Shown: positions 1-13,680, counted from the stretch's first letter. The stretch is DNA of 64,000 nucleotides from Octopus vulgaris (GCA_951406725.2 OX597824.1:91760001-91824000); one strand, 5' to 3'. The notes: generated from the sequence alone by a model not told the origin. Made by a program: numbers and translations.

Positions 1-67
1 AACGGCAGCCGAAATACCGCTAAGCATTTCGCCCGACGTGCTAACGATTCTGCTAGCTCGCCGCCTT
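1..67 (-). mobile_element. 5' tRNA-like head of Meta-domain-type SINE (cut by window edge)
   Basis: Reverse complement reads GGCGGCGAGCTAGCAGAATCGTTAGCACGTCGGGCGAAATGCTTAGCGGTATTTCG, the same head as the full copy at 25731-25962. Confidence 0.8.
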
Positions 68-148
68 ATGTTCCTATAACCTGTGTTAATTCCTATAACC
101 TGTGTTAATTCTGTAACCCTTTAAAATGGAAGATAAGAAAGTTCATTT

Positions 149-236
149 TCTCGTCTGATCACCGAAGTTAAGCCAGATCTAGTCTAGTTAGTACTTAGAT
201 GGGTGACCGTTTGGGAAATCTAGGTGGTGTTGGTGT
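149..236 (+). pseudogene. 5'-truncated, diverged 5S rRNA pseudogene
   Basis: TCTCGTCTGATCACCGAAGTTAAGCCAGATCTAGTCTAGTTAGTACTTAGATGGGTGACCGTTTGGGAAATCTAGGTGGTGTTGG is collinear with metazoan 5S rRNA from about nt 33 to the end, including the A-box, IE and C-box region. The first 30 or so nt are missing. Confidence 0.8.
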
Positions 237-247
237 TTCACTTTATG

Positions 248-405
248 CGGAGGCGAGGCTGTGTGGTAAGATGGCTACTTTTCAGCGACATGGTTCTGGG
301 TAAAGTGCTATTGCATGGCACGTTTGGAAAGTGTCATCTACTATGGCCTTGGACTGACTAAAGCTTTGCGACTAGGTTAAGATAGATGGAAGATGAAAGA
401 AGCCA

Positions 406-408
<3 letters not shown>
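248..408 (+). mobile_element. Decayed tRNA-derived SINE head (family also at 12161, 15705, 26866, 51405, 55645, 61270)
   Basis: GGCTGTGTGGTAAG...CATGGTTCTGGG...GTGTCATCTACTATGGCC...AAAGAAGCC matches the other copies, and it ends in (TA)n. Confidence 0.65.
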
Positions 409-458
<50 letters not shown>

Positions 459-541
459 GGTCCCGGGTTGATTCGGGGTTAACCACAGTAAATAAGGTAC
501 TCAATACATAGCAGAGTAAAATTAATTTATTATATAGAAGG

Positions 542-592
542 AGCTTCTACAGGACTAGAACTGTTTCATTCAAGAGAAATCTTCAGGAAGCT
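542..592 (-). ncRNA. Type I hammerhead ribozyme motif (PLE terminal-repeat type)
   Basis: Minus strand AGCTTC-CTGAAGA-TTTCTCTTGAAT-GAAA-CAG-TTCTAGTC-CTG-TA-GAAGCT: 6-bp stem I, CUGANGA and GAAA core, stem III CAG/CTG, GUA cleavage triplet. Confidence 0.8.
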
Positions 593-888
593 AGTTAACA
601 AGAATTGTATTGGCATTTATACATTTAGGCAGGTTTAAAGGGGTGGTGGTGGGGGACTTTTTGGGGGTAGGCATAGCGCAAAAAAATCATACTTGGGGGA
701 GTGGTCAAGGAGTCAGTGGTAAATTAGATAGAAGAATAAATAAAAGAATAAAAAAAAAGAGAATAAAAAAATATATAGAAGAATAGAGTTTTAGGTAAAT
801 AAGGAAAATCTCACTTATACCTATACACATATGTATACATATATACACACACACACATATACATACTCACATACATACACACACACCC

Positions 889-921
<33 letters not shown>

Positions 922-942
922 TACACATACATACATATATCT

Positions 943-981
<39 letters not shown>

Positions 982-1228
982 AATCTACATATACATACAC
1001 ATATACATGCATATACATATACACACACACATGTATATATACACACACACATGTATATATACACACACACACGACCACACATACACATATACACAAAAAA
1101 AATATATACATACACACACATACACATACACACATACACACACATATATCCACATACACACATGCACACACAACACACATGCACACACAACACACAAGTC
1201 CCTATATACTCATATATACTTATACACA

Positions 1229-1260
<32 letters not shown>

Positions 1261-1910
1261 CATACATATGTGTACCTATTCATACCTACACATACACACA
1301 TATATACATACAAATACAAACCCATTCCCTAATTTTTATTTTATTATCTTCATTTATTACTTTTGTTATCTTTGACCGCTGGTCACAAGCATCTTGGCTA
1401 CGACAACTAGTCCCTATTATCTTTCTACTTGAGCACAGGCACTCACTCACGCACGCACACTCGTTAGCACGCACACTCACTCATTCGTACACTCATACAC
1501 ATACACGAACGCACGCGTTATATTCATACATACATACATCTACATACATACACGTATATACACATACGTACGAGTACCTACAGATTCATGTCTACAATCT
1601 TAGAAGACTAGTCTATACATATACACCAATAAATATATATACACACATACATATACACCTACATACAAATACATACATACATATATATACACACACATAT
1701 ATACATGCACATACACACACACATATATATATATATATGTATATATATATATCTATATATATATATACATACATATCCGCATACATACATACATACATAC
1801 ACCCATACATACATACATATATACACACATACACACACCCACACGTATACATATACATACATATACGCGCATGCATACACATACAAATACATACACATAC
1901 ACATATACAT

Positions 1911-1943
<33 letters not shown>

Positions 1944-2404
1944 CACATACATACATATACATACATACATATACATATATACACACACATACATACATAC
2001 ATATACATATATACACACATATATATATATATGTGTGTAAGTTTATAAGTATGTATCCGTCTGTATACTAGGTAACGGCACGTATATATACTTAATATTT
2101 ATTATTTATTATTTATTATTTATTTTTTGAGTATGCATGTATGAATAACTGCACGTATATATATTTTATTACTTATTTTTTGAGTATGCATGTAAGTATG
2201 AACATAAGGAGTAGCGTGTGTGTGTGTGTATGTGTAAGCATAGATATATGTATAATTTTACGCATGTGTGTACTTATGTGTATATATGGATGCGCGTGTG
2301 TGTGTGTGTGTATGGGTACGCATGTATATGTGTATGTGCGTGTATGTGTATATGTGTATGTATGTGTGTGTGTATATATGTATATGTATGTATGTATGTG
2401 TATG

Positions 2405-2455
<51 letters not shown>

Positions 2456-2613
2456 ATGTATATGTGTATGTGTATGTATTTGTATGTGTATGCATGCGCG
2501 TATATGTATGTATATGTATACGTGTGGGTGTGTGTATGTGTGTATATATGTATGTATGTATGGGTGTATGTATGTATGTATGTATGCGGATATGTATGTA
2601 TATATATATATAG

Positions 2614-2645
<32 letters not shown>

Positions 2646-3027
2646 GTGTATGTGTATGTGCATGTATATATGTGTGTGTATATATATGTATGTATGTATT
2701 TGTATGTAGGTGTATATGTATGTGTGTATATATATTTATTGGTGTAGATGTATGTATGTATGAATATAACGCGTGCGTGCGTGTATGTGTATGAGTGTAC
2801 GAATGAGTGAGTGTGCGTGCTAACGAGTGTGCGTGCGTGAGTGAGTGCTTGTGCTCAAGTAGAAAGATAATAGGGACTAGTTGTCGTAGCCAAGATGCTT
2901 GTGACCAGCGGTCAAAGATAACAAAAGTAATAAATGAAGATAATAAAATAAAAATTAGGGAATGGGTTTGTATTTGTATGTATATATGTGTGTATGTGTA
3001 GGTATGAATAGGTACACATATGTATGT

Positions 3028-3062
<35 letters not shown>

Positions 3063-3286
3063 TGTGTATAAGTATATATGAGTATATAGGGACTTGTGTG
3101 TTGTGTGTGCATGTGTGTTGTGTGTGCATGTGTGTATGTGGATATATGTGTGTGTATGTGTGTATGTGTATGTGTGTGTATGTATATATTTTTTTTGTGT
3201 GTATGTGTATGTGTGGTCGTGTGTGTGTGTATATATACATGTGTGTGTGTATATGTATATGCATGTATATGTGTATGTATATGTAG

Positions 3287-3329
<43 letters not shown>

Positions 3330-3349
3330 GATATATGTATGTATGTGTA

Positions 3350-3382
<33 letters not shown>

Positions 3383-3668
3383 GGGTGTGTGTGTATGTAT
3401 GTGAGTATGTATATGTGTGTGTGTGTGTGTGTATATATGTATACATATGTGTATAACTCTATTCTGTATAAAACTCTATTCTTCTATATATTTTTTTATT
3501 CTCTTTTTTTTTATTCTTTTATTTATTCTTCTATCTAATTTACCACTGACTCCTTGACCACTCCCCCAAGTATGATTTTTTTGCGCTATGCCTACCCCAA
3601 AAAGTCCCCCACCACCACCCCTTTAAACCTGCCTAAATGTATAAATGCCAATACAATTCTTGTTAACT

Positions 3669-3719
3669 AGCTTCCTGAAGATTTCTCTTGAATGAAACAG
3701 TTCTAGTCCTGTAGAAGCT
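3669..3719 (+). ncRNA. Type I hammerhead ribozyme motif (mirror copy of 542-592)
   Basis: AGCTTC CTGAAGA TTTCTCTTGAAT GAAA CAGTTCTAGTCCTG TA GAAGCT, read directly on the + strand. Confidence 0.8.
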
Positions 3720-3730
3720 CCTTCTATATA

Positions 3731-3789
<59 letters not shown>

Positions 3790-3804
3790 TGTATGTATGT
3801 GTGT

Positions 3805-3842
<38 letters not shown>

Positions 3843-3848
<6 letters not shown>

Positions 3849-4075
3849 CGGTCTGTTTGTCTCTCCCCACTACTTGGCAACAGGTGTTGGCGCGTTCACA
3901 TACCGGTAATTTAGCTGTTCGGTAAAACAGATCGATAGAATAAAATACCTGTAGTACAAAAGAAAAGAAAAAATAATTATCAAAGATGAGTACTGGGATC
4001 GAGATTCATTCGTCTATAATTTCTCCAAGGAGTGCTCCAGCATGGCTGCAATCTGATAACTGAGACAAGTAAAAG
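3843..4075 (+). mobile_element. 3' half of the tRNA-SINE family that contains an internal microsatellite
   Basis: Matches the tail of the copy at 12300-12503 (...GTTCGGTAAAA...GTGCTCCAGCATGGCTGCA...ACTGAGACAAGTAAAAG). Confidence 0.65.
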
Positions 4076-4079
4076 TTCC

Positions 4080-4387
<308 letters not shown>

Positions 4388-4466
4388 TGCGCATCTGTCT
4401 TTATCCACCCCAACATCGCTTGACAACCTATGCTGGTGTGTTCAGGTCCCCGTACATATACATATA

Positions 4467-4583
4467 TCACGTGATCACGTGACCGACCAGACCATCAGAT
4501 GTTGTTACACATCGCTGGTCACAATGCGTTCGCATTGTTTTAGCCTTCGAATGACGCCACCCCGCTGGCTAAGCGAGCAGGCC
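4467..4583 (-). mobile_element. 3' fragment of tRNA-derived SINE (tail type 2)
   Basis: TCACGTGATCACGTGACCGACCAGACCATCAGATGTTGTTACACATCGC is near-identical to 46119-46235 and similar to 38165-38285. Confidence 0.8.
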
Positions 4584-5157
4584 CCATATACATATATACA
4601 CTCAGATATATACAGAAACGCACACACACACATGCGCGCATATATATGTATATATGCATGTATATATGTACGAATATGTAAGTGGCGAGTGTGTGTGATT
4701 ACACATACATATGTATAAATATATATATGTAATGTATGTTTGTTCATTTTTGAGTATGTATAATGATCCACACTCACGGAATCATTTTGCGAATTTATGA
4801 ATATCAGTAAATTAAGGTCAGCGAACTATAGATTACTGAACACAGAATCCGGTATTGTTTATCAATTTATAAAAACTTGTACTCATTTCTTTGGTTTTTT
4901 TCCTTCGTTATTTCAAGGATTCGCATATTTTTAATATTATTTTGTGTTTAAAATCGATGCAAGAACTGACCTTCGGCCTTTAATCTGAACGGAATCATGT
5001 TTGGTGCAGTCAGAGTGGGAGAACAATTGGAAGCCGGAAAAAATGATGACTAAAAGGAAATGCCAGAAATCTAGAAACACAATTGCAGAATTGAATGGAG
5101 GAAGATGTAAGAGTTTATAGCGGAAAATTCTTGTTTGATTGATTGGGGAATGGAGTG

Positions 5158-5219
<62 letters not shown>

Positions 5220-5604
5220 TGAGAGAGAGAGAAACTAAACGAGAGGGAGAAACAGAAAGAGAGAGAAATATCGGATGGGAATGGAAGAGAAATAAAGCAG
5301 CTCTAAAACATGTACGTATGCACACATACGTATATACATACATACATACATACATACATACATACATACATACATACATACACACATACACACATACATA
5401 CATACATACATACATACATACATACATACATACATACATACATACATACATACATACATACATACATGCATACATACACACACACATATATATATGTGGA
5501 TGCATGTGTATATATACAAACATTTCTTTGCACTTTTAAGTGTTCGTACTTTAGTAATCTCAATCCCTCTCTCTCAGTACAATATATATGCATGTGTGTA
5601 TATG

Positions 5605-5648
<44 letters not shown>

Positions 5649-6335
5649 TATACATATACTACATATATGCATATGTGTACGTACAAACATACAGCTGCAC
5701 ACATATAACTGTATATAAGATCAAGAAAATGGAAGAGGTGGAGGAGAGCAAGAAGATCGGAGAAGGAGGAAGATGATGAAGATGATGGAGAGGCAGCTGA
5801 AGATGATAAAGGAGAGGATGAAGTGCAGGGGAGGAACGACGACGGTAACAACGAAATGCTAGCATACGAGAAACATTTGGAACCAAGGCGGATGATGGAA
5901 TTAGAAGATATATAGATGAATCTCTTTGAGAAAACCGGCTCTTTGAGGTTCAGATTCAGTAATCTGAGCCTGAACGAACCGGTTTTCTGTAACAAACCTG
6001 CGAAACTTTAAGTCGCATGAACGAGAATCAAACTGATAATAATGATGGACTCCGGCGTCGAAGACAACGTATGACCCTTTCAGGTTTTGCCGAACGACCT
6101 ACACAAATAATTAGTTTACGGAGAACGAATGTTCGTGCCGCACATTACTCCTCTCTCTCTCCAAGAAATTGACGTTGTCTGAACAGTTGCACGGTGTACC
6201 ACGGGTCAGATGTCGAAGTGATCTCAGGCAAGCGTGAGTTGAAGTGTTTATGCTCAAAAGCACAACGAACCACTCGGTCTAGGAATTGAAACCGCTATCT
6301 CGCGATCGTGAAAGCAACACAATTATCACTAGGCC

Positions 6336-6552
<217 letters not shown>

Positions 6553-7113
6553 TTTTGGCACAAAGCCAGTAATTTTGGGGGGGAGGTTTAAATCGGTCGT
6601 ATCAACACCATGGCTCAACTGGTACTTCCAGACGTCCGCGGAATTTCAACTCAGAGCCTCAAAAACCGGAATAGGTGTCGCTAAATCGGTCATATCATAC
6701 GCTAAGTATTTTACATTCTTGATAAGGATTCTGTTTGACGCTGCTTTAAGAGACGTATAAATAAGAAATTCTTGGAGAGGCAAAAGGCCAAATATTTCAT
6801 GGGTTCGAGCTATCGATTGTATCAAATGCAGCACTCTACGGCTGCTTTATTTAATCGATCCCAGGAGGATGAAATCCAGAATCGACCCCGGGAAAATAAA
6901 GGGCGAGAAATTTGTACTAAGGTATATAGTAAACCTTGACTGCTCCTGAAATGCATTTCGTCATGCCTGTTCGAGAAGGGTTGTCCTGGGGCTAAACAGC
7001 TAGAAATGTTATTCTGCATAATAATTTACGTGTTTCTCCGTCGTTCAAAGAGAAATGATTAAATTTTCATATAAAATAAAAACCGAAAAAATGGTAACAC
7101 AAACACCACAAAA

Positions 7114-7149
<36 letters not shown>

Positions 7150-7347
7150 GATAAAGGTACTGAAAAGCGCATACATACTCTTAAATAGATGCGCATATAC
7201 ACACAAACACACGCACAAACATACGCACTAACACACGCCCATGTACAAGCCAAAAAAACGTATATTTATATATCCAGAAACATACGCTCATATACGCAGA
7301 GGCACACGTGCGTATGTATACTCACACGCATGCGCTTACACACTCAA

Positions 7348-7424
7348 ACAAAACCTATTCAATAAAAGCTGAAAAAATAAAAAATAAAATGAAGCCGCAA
7401 ATTGAAAAACACACAAACATACAC

Positions 7425-7471
<47 letters not shown>

Positions 7472-7478
7472 TTATATA

Positions 7479-7576
<98 letters not shown>

Positions 7577-7653
7577 GTGTGTGTTTGTGTGTTTTTCAAT
7601 TTGCGGTTTCATTTTATTTTTTATTTTTTCAGCTTTTATTGAATAGGTTTTGT
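7348..7653. repeat. Fold-back: 80-bp inverted arms flanking a (TA)n tract
   Basis: 7348-7427 (ACAAAACCTATTCAATAAAAGCTG...) is the reverse complement of 7574-7653, with about 2 mismatches. Confidence 0.9.
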
Positions 7654-7670
7654 ATTTTTATGTATATATG

Positions 7671-7739
<69 letters not shown>

Positions 7740-9238
7740 GTATATATATATGTATATGTATATGTATATATATATATATCGTAAATAAATGCAAAAATAA
7801 GGAAATTTTTTTCAGAAGCAAAATTATTTGCCGAAGATATCAATATTAAGCCAATGCACAAGAGCATTGAATGTATATAAATTTCTTTATCTTTCCAAAT
7901 TAATTTTATTATTCCGTGTCTCTATTAATTTTTTTCCCCATTATTTTTGAAATCATCCGAGCATCATGGGGTTTGGGAAACTTAGATTAGGGTGTTTGAG
8001 AAAGGAAACAATTTCGAGCGATTGAATAATGAGTTGGCAAAACTTGCGGGTAATTTCCGACAGGAATTATAAGGAGAATATATCTGCTCTGATGATCCCT
8101 ATCTTTGAAATCACAAGTATGAAATAATCAGGCGTATCGTATTCCATTACGGTCGGGCATATATATGCATTTTGAATTCCATGATTTCCACAAAGGGAAA
8201 TTAATTCAGCGTGAAATATGCAAATACAGAAATCGCCTTAGGGTCCTGAAGAAACTTATCAATTGCTCCCGATTCCTCGTAATAAAACAACTTTACACAG
8301 CTATGAATGTGCCATGCTTAATGTATGTGCACTGTTGATAGGCAAGTTAATGGGGTATTTGTTCCGAGATGACATCTCTTATGGCCAGACAATGTTAACA
8401 TCATAATAAATATGAAGGCGAAGATTCGCCCCAGCAGGATGATTATGCGCCATTGAAAAGGCCCACAAAATTGGAAATGCATCTGGTGTTCTCGCTAGCT
8501 GCTGCCGCATCTCCCACTGATATTGCATTGTTAACAAAGCACTTCCATAAAAGAGATTATTTCAGGACATATACCGCAGTAACTGGTCAATTAACTGTGT
8601 ATATGCATTATGTATGATACATAGATGGCTAGTTTAATCTAATTTTGCTTATAATCTAATCTTGCCAATGTTAACAATACATGAATTGGCTAACTGGCAG
8701 AATCAAAGAAATATTGGACTAAATTACATGAGTATTTATATCGTCTTCTTACGTTCCGAGTTCAAATCCCGCTGAGGTCAATGTTGGGCTTTCTCATTCA
8801 CAGGCTGATTGATGTATTACAGTGGAGGCTGGATGACAAGCAGAATAGGAGGCCTTATGATTTATGCTCCGTTCCTGTGCGTTTGAATACAGATGGCGTC
8901 ATCGTCTATTTGGCTGGCAGAGTTAATCCGTCGCCCGGCCCAGAATTGAAACCGCGATCTTACGATTGTGATCTAAAGACTGCTGATCATGGGCATTCAC
9001 TGATCACATTAATATAAGAAAATATAGACGAAATATAGAGCGACTGAATATGGTTTGAGGCAGCTTAGTACTGTGCACACACATACATAGACACACACAC
9101 ACACACACTTATATAGTCAAAGTTCAAATGAATACACACACGCTCACACACAAACACACACGTATACAGAACTGCAATTGACACTCATGCACAAACTGAT
9201 GCGGATAGAAAATGATGTACACGCAGATAAACACAGAT

Positions 9239-9366
<128 letters not shown>

Positions 9367-9383
9367 ACAAATGAAGGACAGAA

Positions 9384-9519
<136 letters not shown>

Positions 9520-10220
9520 CACACACATATATACACACACATATATATATATTTGCACACACACGCATATATATATATACACACACACACACATATATAT
9601 ATACATAAACACACATATGAATACGCATATTTACCGCTACACTTTCTTATATACTCAGTCTCTCACAAATATATACACACACACACGCACACTACACACG
9701 TATACATTCCTGTACAGACACACACACATTGACACAGATACTCGCGGAATCTCTCATACACACATGTCAATATGGGCAAAGAGTACAGATCAGTTGAAAA
9801 TGAATATAATCAATAGCAACAAAAACAACAAGGACAACAACAGCAACAAGAACGGCAACAACAATGACAAGAACCAGAAGAAGAAGAAGAAGAAGAAGAA
9901 CAACAACAACAACGGTAAAGACGAAAGGCAGAACAAAAGAGACATCGAAGAGAACATAAAACAGACACATCAACAAATAACATTGAACAGTTCGTGTCTT
10001 TGTGTGGGAAGAGAGAAAATGAGAAACGAAGCAGTGTGTGTATAGATATGTGTGTATATATATTTATGTGTGTGTGTATGTGTGTGTGTATATATATATA
10101 TATGTGTGTGTATATATGTGTATGTGTGTATATACATATATATGCCTGTGTGTATATATATATGTATATTTATATTTGTATTTATATATACATGAATATA
10201 TACATATATATGCATAAAAG

Positions 10221-10252
<32 letters not shown>

Positions 10253-10320
10253 CATACACACACATTTATATATATATATATATTTGTGTGTGTCTGTGTG
10301 TGTGTATATATATATACATG

Positions 10321-10383
<63 letters not shown>

Positions 10384-10613
10384 ACATATGTATGTATGTG
10401 TAGATATAAATATACATATATATGTATGTGTGTGTCTGTGTCTGTGTGTATGTTTGTGTGTTGATAGAGTGAAGTGATTGTACGCAAGAGAAAGTTAATG
10501 ATCGATGGGGGCAAATGAGCGGCTGACTGGTTGAGATGAGAGAGAGAGAGAGAGAGAGAAAATGAGAGAGTGAGAGACAGACCAACAGACAGACAGAGTG
10601 AGAGGGAGAAAGG

Positions 10614-10765
<152 letters not shown>

Positions 10766-11685
10766 CAGAGAGAGATTGCTTGAGAGAAAGTGAGAACCAG
10801 AGACAGCATGAAAGAAAGGAGTTAATAGAACAAGGAGATTGATAGACTGATAAAGTGAGAGAGAAGGAGAGAGGCAGAGATAGGGAGCGAGAGAGAGAGA
10901 GAGAAAGGGGGAGAGCGAGAGAATCAAAGGAAGAAGACAGAGTGACAGAGCAGAGATGAAGAGTCTGCGAGACGTTTTGCTCGCAGTGCCACAGAAGACT
11001 TTCTAATAACCAACCATTAGAGAAGATAATTGGCGGCTTGCTTAACTCCAAGACTGGAGTTATTACCCAAAACACAACACACTGCTTTGATTATTGGCAT
11101 TACAGGTTAATAATGGTAACAAGGGGGACAAATAAAGCGTCGGAGATAAGTACACCACAGAATATATGTACGTATGTGTACGCGTTTGTGTGCAGACGCA
11201 TGCGTGGTTGTGTGTTTATGTGTGTGAATGTAGATATTCCGCAAGAAGGATCATGTGTCAGTCACGTGTTCACACTTGTTTGTACCCCTCTTGCGGCCCT
11301 TTTTCATCATCCATCCTCCGTCTTCCTGATTCAATTCCAAGATGTCTGACATCGTGACTAGCAAATGTCCAGTCTCGTCTGGTTTGTCATGGCTATTTGT
11401 CACTCCCGTTCAACGTGTCCATCGCATCTCAAGGGTTTTGTGTGTACGCATGTCTTTATGTTTGATGTGTGTGTCTGTGTGAGCATGTGTGTGTGTGTAG
11501 ATACGTATATGTAAGCTTATGTACGTGTTTCCGTATGTATGTGTATGAGTGTGTATGCATGTGTGCGTGTGTATGTGTAGATGTATGTATGTATGGGGGT
11601 CATTAATCAATTGATCAGTTACATTATTTATCCATCCCTCTATCAACATATCTATCCGTCTGTCTGTCCGTCTGTCTATCTATCA

Positions 11686-11825
<140 letters not shown>

Positions 11826-11830
11826 GTCTG

Positions 11831-11896
<66 letters not shown>

Positions 11897-12160
11897 CGTC
11901 TGTCTGTCCGTCTGTCTATGTTTGTGTGTGAATAATTATTCTGTAGTGAGCTAAAAAGTTGCATAGCTAAAAATAAGGGCCTCGATTTCTTTCGTAATAC
12001 TTTGAGCATTGATTAACCCTGAGCAAAGAACTCTCTTTACGCAAAGTTGCAGTTTTATACAAATTCAGAGACATTTACGTATTGAATTTTACTTTCCGTT
12101 TTTTTTTTTATCCTGTTCAACATAAATCGCAAACCCAGGTGTTTCTCGATCGTTCATATA

Positions 12161-12503
12161 CAGGCGCAGGAATAGCTGTGTAGTAAGAAGCTTGCTTCCT
12201 AACCACATGTTTCAAGGTTCAGTCCCACTGCATAACACCTTGGACAAGTGTGTTCTACTTCTACTATAGCCACGGGCCGACCAAAGCGGTCTGAGTGGAT
12301 TTGTCCCCCCCCCACCATTATTTGACAACCGATGTGTGTTTCTGTGCCCTTAAATTAGTGTTCCGGCAAAAGAGACCGTTAGTATAAGTACTAGGCTTAC
12401 AAAGAATAAGTCCTGAGGTCGATTTGTTCGACTAAAGACGGTGCTCCAGCATGGCCGCATTCAAATGACTGAAAGAAGCAAAAGAATAAATGAATAAAAG
12501 AAT
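12161..12503 (+). mobile_element. Near full-length tRNA-derived SINE
   Basis: A-box-like TAGCTGTGTAGTAAG, B-box-like GGTTCAGTCC, body GGGCCGACCAAAG, tail GTGCTCCAGCATGGCCGCA ending in (AAAAGAAT)n. Confidence 0.75.
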
Positions 12504-12659
12504 ATAATATTGTAAAACATATATAAATATGCGATTATGTAAATCGCTTTGGAATAAGATTTTAAGCTGAAAGAACGCTGGTGCAAAACTTGGAGTATTC
12601 GCATTTTGTAACCCTGCTCCATCTTTGCACTCTAATAATAATAGACCGATCTATTTTTG

Positions 12660-13680
12660 CACATTCTTCCCTCCTCTAGGTACAAGGCCAGAAAATTTTA
12701 GGGAGCGGGGCCAGTCGATTAGACCAACCCCAGTACGCAACTGGTTTATCGACCCCGAAAGTATTTATCGACCCCGAAGTAGACCTCGGCAGAATTTGAA
12801 CTCAGAACGTAAAGACAGACGAAATACCTATTTCATTACTACCCACAAGGGGCTAAACACAGAGGAGACAAACAAGGACAGACAGACGGATTAAGTCGAA
12901 TATATCGACCCCAGTGCATAACTGGTACTTAATTTATCGGCCCCGAAAGGATGAAAGGCAAATTCGACCTCGGCGGAATTTGAACTCAGAACGTAGCGGC
13001 AGACGAAATACCTATTTCTTTACTACCCACAAGGGGCTAAACACAGAGGAGACAAACAAGGACAGACAGACGGATTAAGTCGAATATATCGACCCCAGTG
13101 CATAACTGGTACTTAATTTATCGGCCCCGAAAGGATGAAAGGCAAATTCGACCTCGGCGGAATTTGAACTCAGAACGTAGCGGCAGACGAAATACCTATT
13201 TCATTACTACCCACAAGGGGCTAAACACAGAGGAGACAAACAAGGACAGACAGACGGATTAAGTCGATTATATCGACCCCAGTGCATAACTGGTACTTAA
13301 TTTATCGGCCCCGAAAGGATGAAAGGCAAATTCGACCTCGGCGGAATTTGAACTCAGAACGTAAAGACAGACGAAATACCTATTTCATTACTACCCACAA
13401 GGGGCTAAACACAAAGGAGACAAACAAGGACAGACAGACGGATTAAGTCGATTATATCGACCCCAGTGCATAACTGGTACTTAATTTATCGGCCTCGAAA
13501 TGATGAAAGGCAAATTCGACCTCGGCGGAATTTGAACTCAGAACGTAGCGGCAGACGAAATACCGCTCAGCATTTTGCCCGGCGCGCTAACGATTCTTTT
13601 CTACTCTAGGTACAAGGTGCGAAATTTTTGAGGAGGAAACCAGCCGATTAGATCGACCCCAGTACGTAACTGGTACTTAA
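12660..13680 (-). repeat. Tandem array of head-less Meta-domain SINE units, 184-bp period (about 4.3 units, flanked by a second tail type)
   Basis: GACCTCGGC recurs at 12782, 12966, 13150, 13334 and 13518, exactly 184 apart. Units join at the minus-strand junction AAAGAAATA|GGTATTTC or ATGAAATA|GGTATTTC. Confidence 0.9.

Larger units (their letters stand above)
525..3736. repeat. About 3.2 kb inverted repeat of a microsatellite-loaded, hammerhead-bearing non-autonomous element (arms about 525-2010 and 2345-3736)
   Basis: Unique blocks 525-793 and about 1300-1530 are reverse complements of about 3469-3736 and 2760-2980. The CA/TA-rich filler also mirrors. Confidence 0.9.

Noticed and set aside
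831-3538. Long ORFs rich in Y/I/H/T or V/C/M (for example 831-2048, 405 aa), and similar ORFs throughout the window
   Set aside because: They are translations of (TA)n, (CA)n, (TACA)n and (GATA)n repeats, which lack stop codons. They show no domain content.
8450-8486. Very decayed hammerhead-like string CCA-TTGAAAA...GAAA-TGCA-TC-TGG (also CTGATGA at about 37953 and 42455 minus)
   Set aside because: Too many core or stem changes, or the GAAA half is missing. These cannot be distinguished from chance by eye.
12782-13560. Regularly spaced repeats suggestive of a CRISPR array
   Set aside because: The whole 184-bp unit repeats with no unique spacers. The units are SINE bodies, the DNA is eukaryotic, and no cas genes are present.
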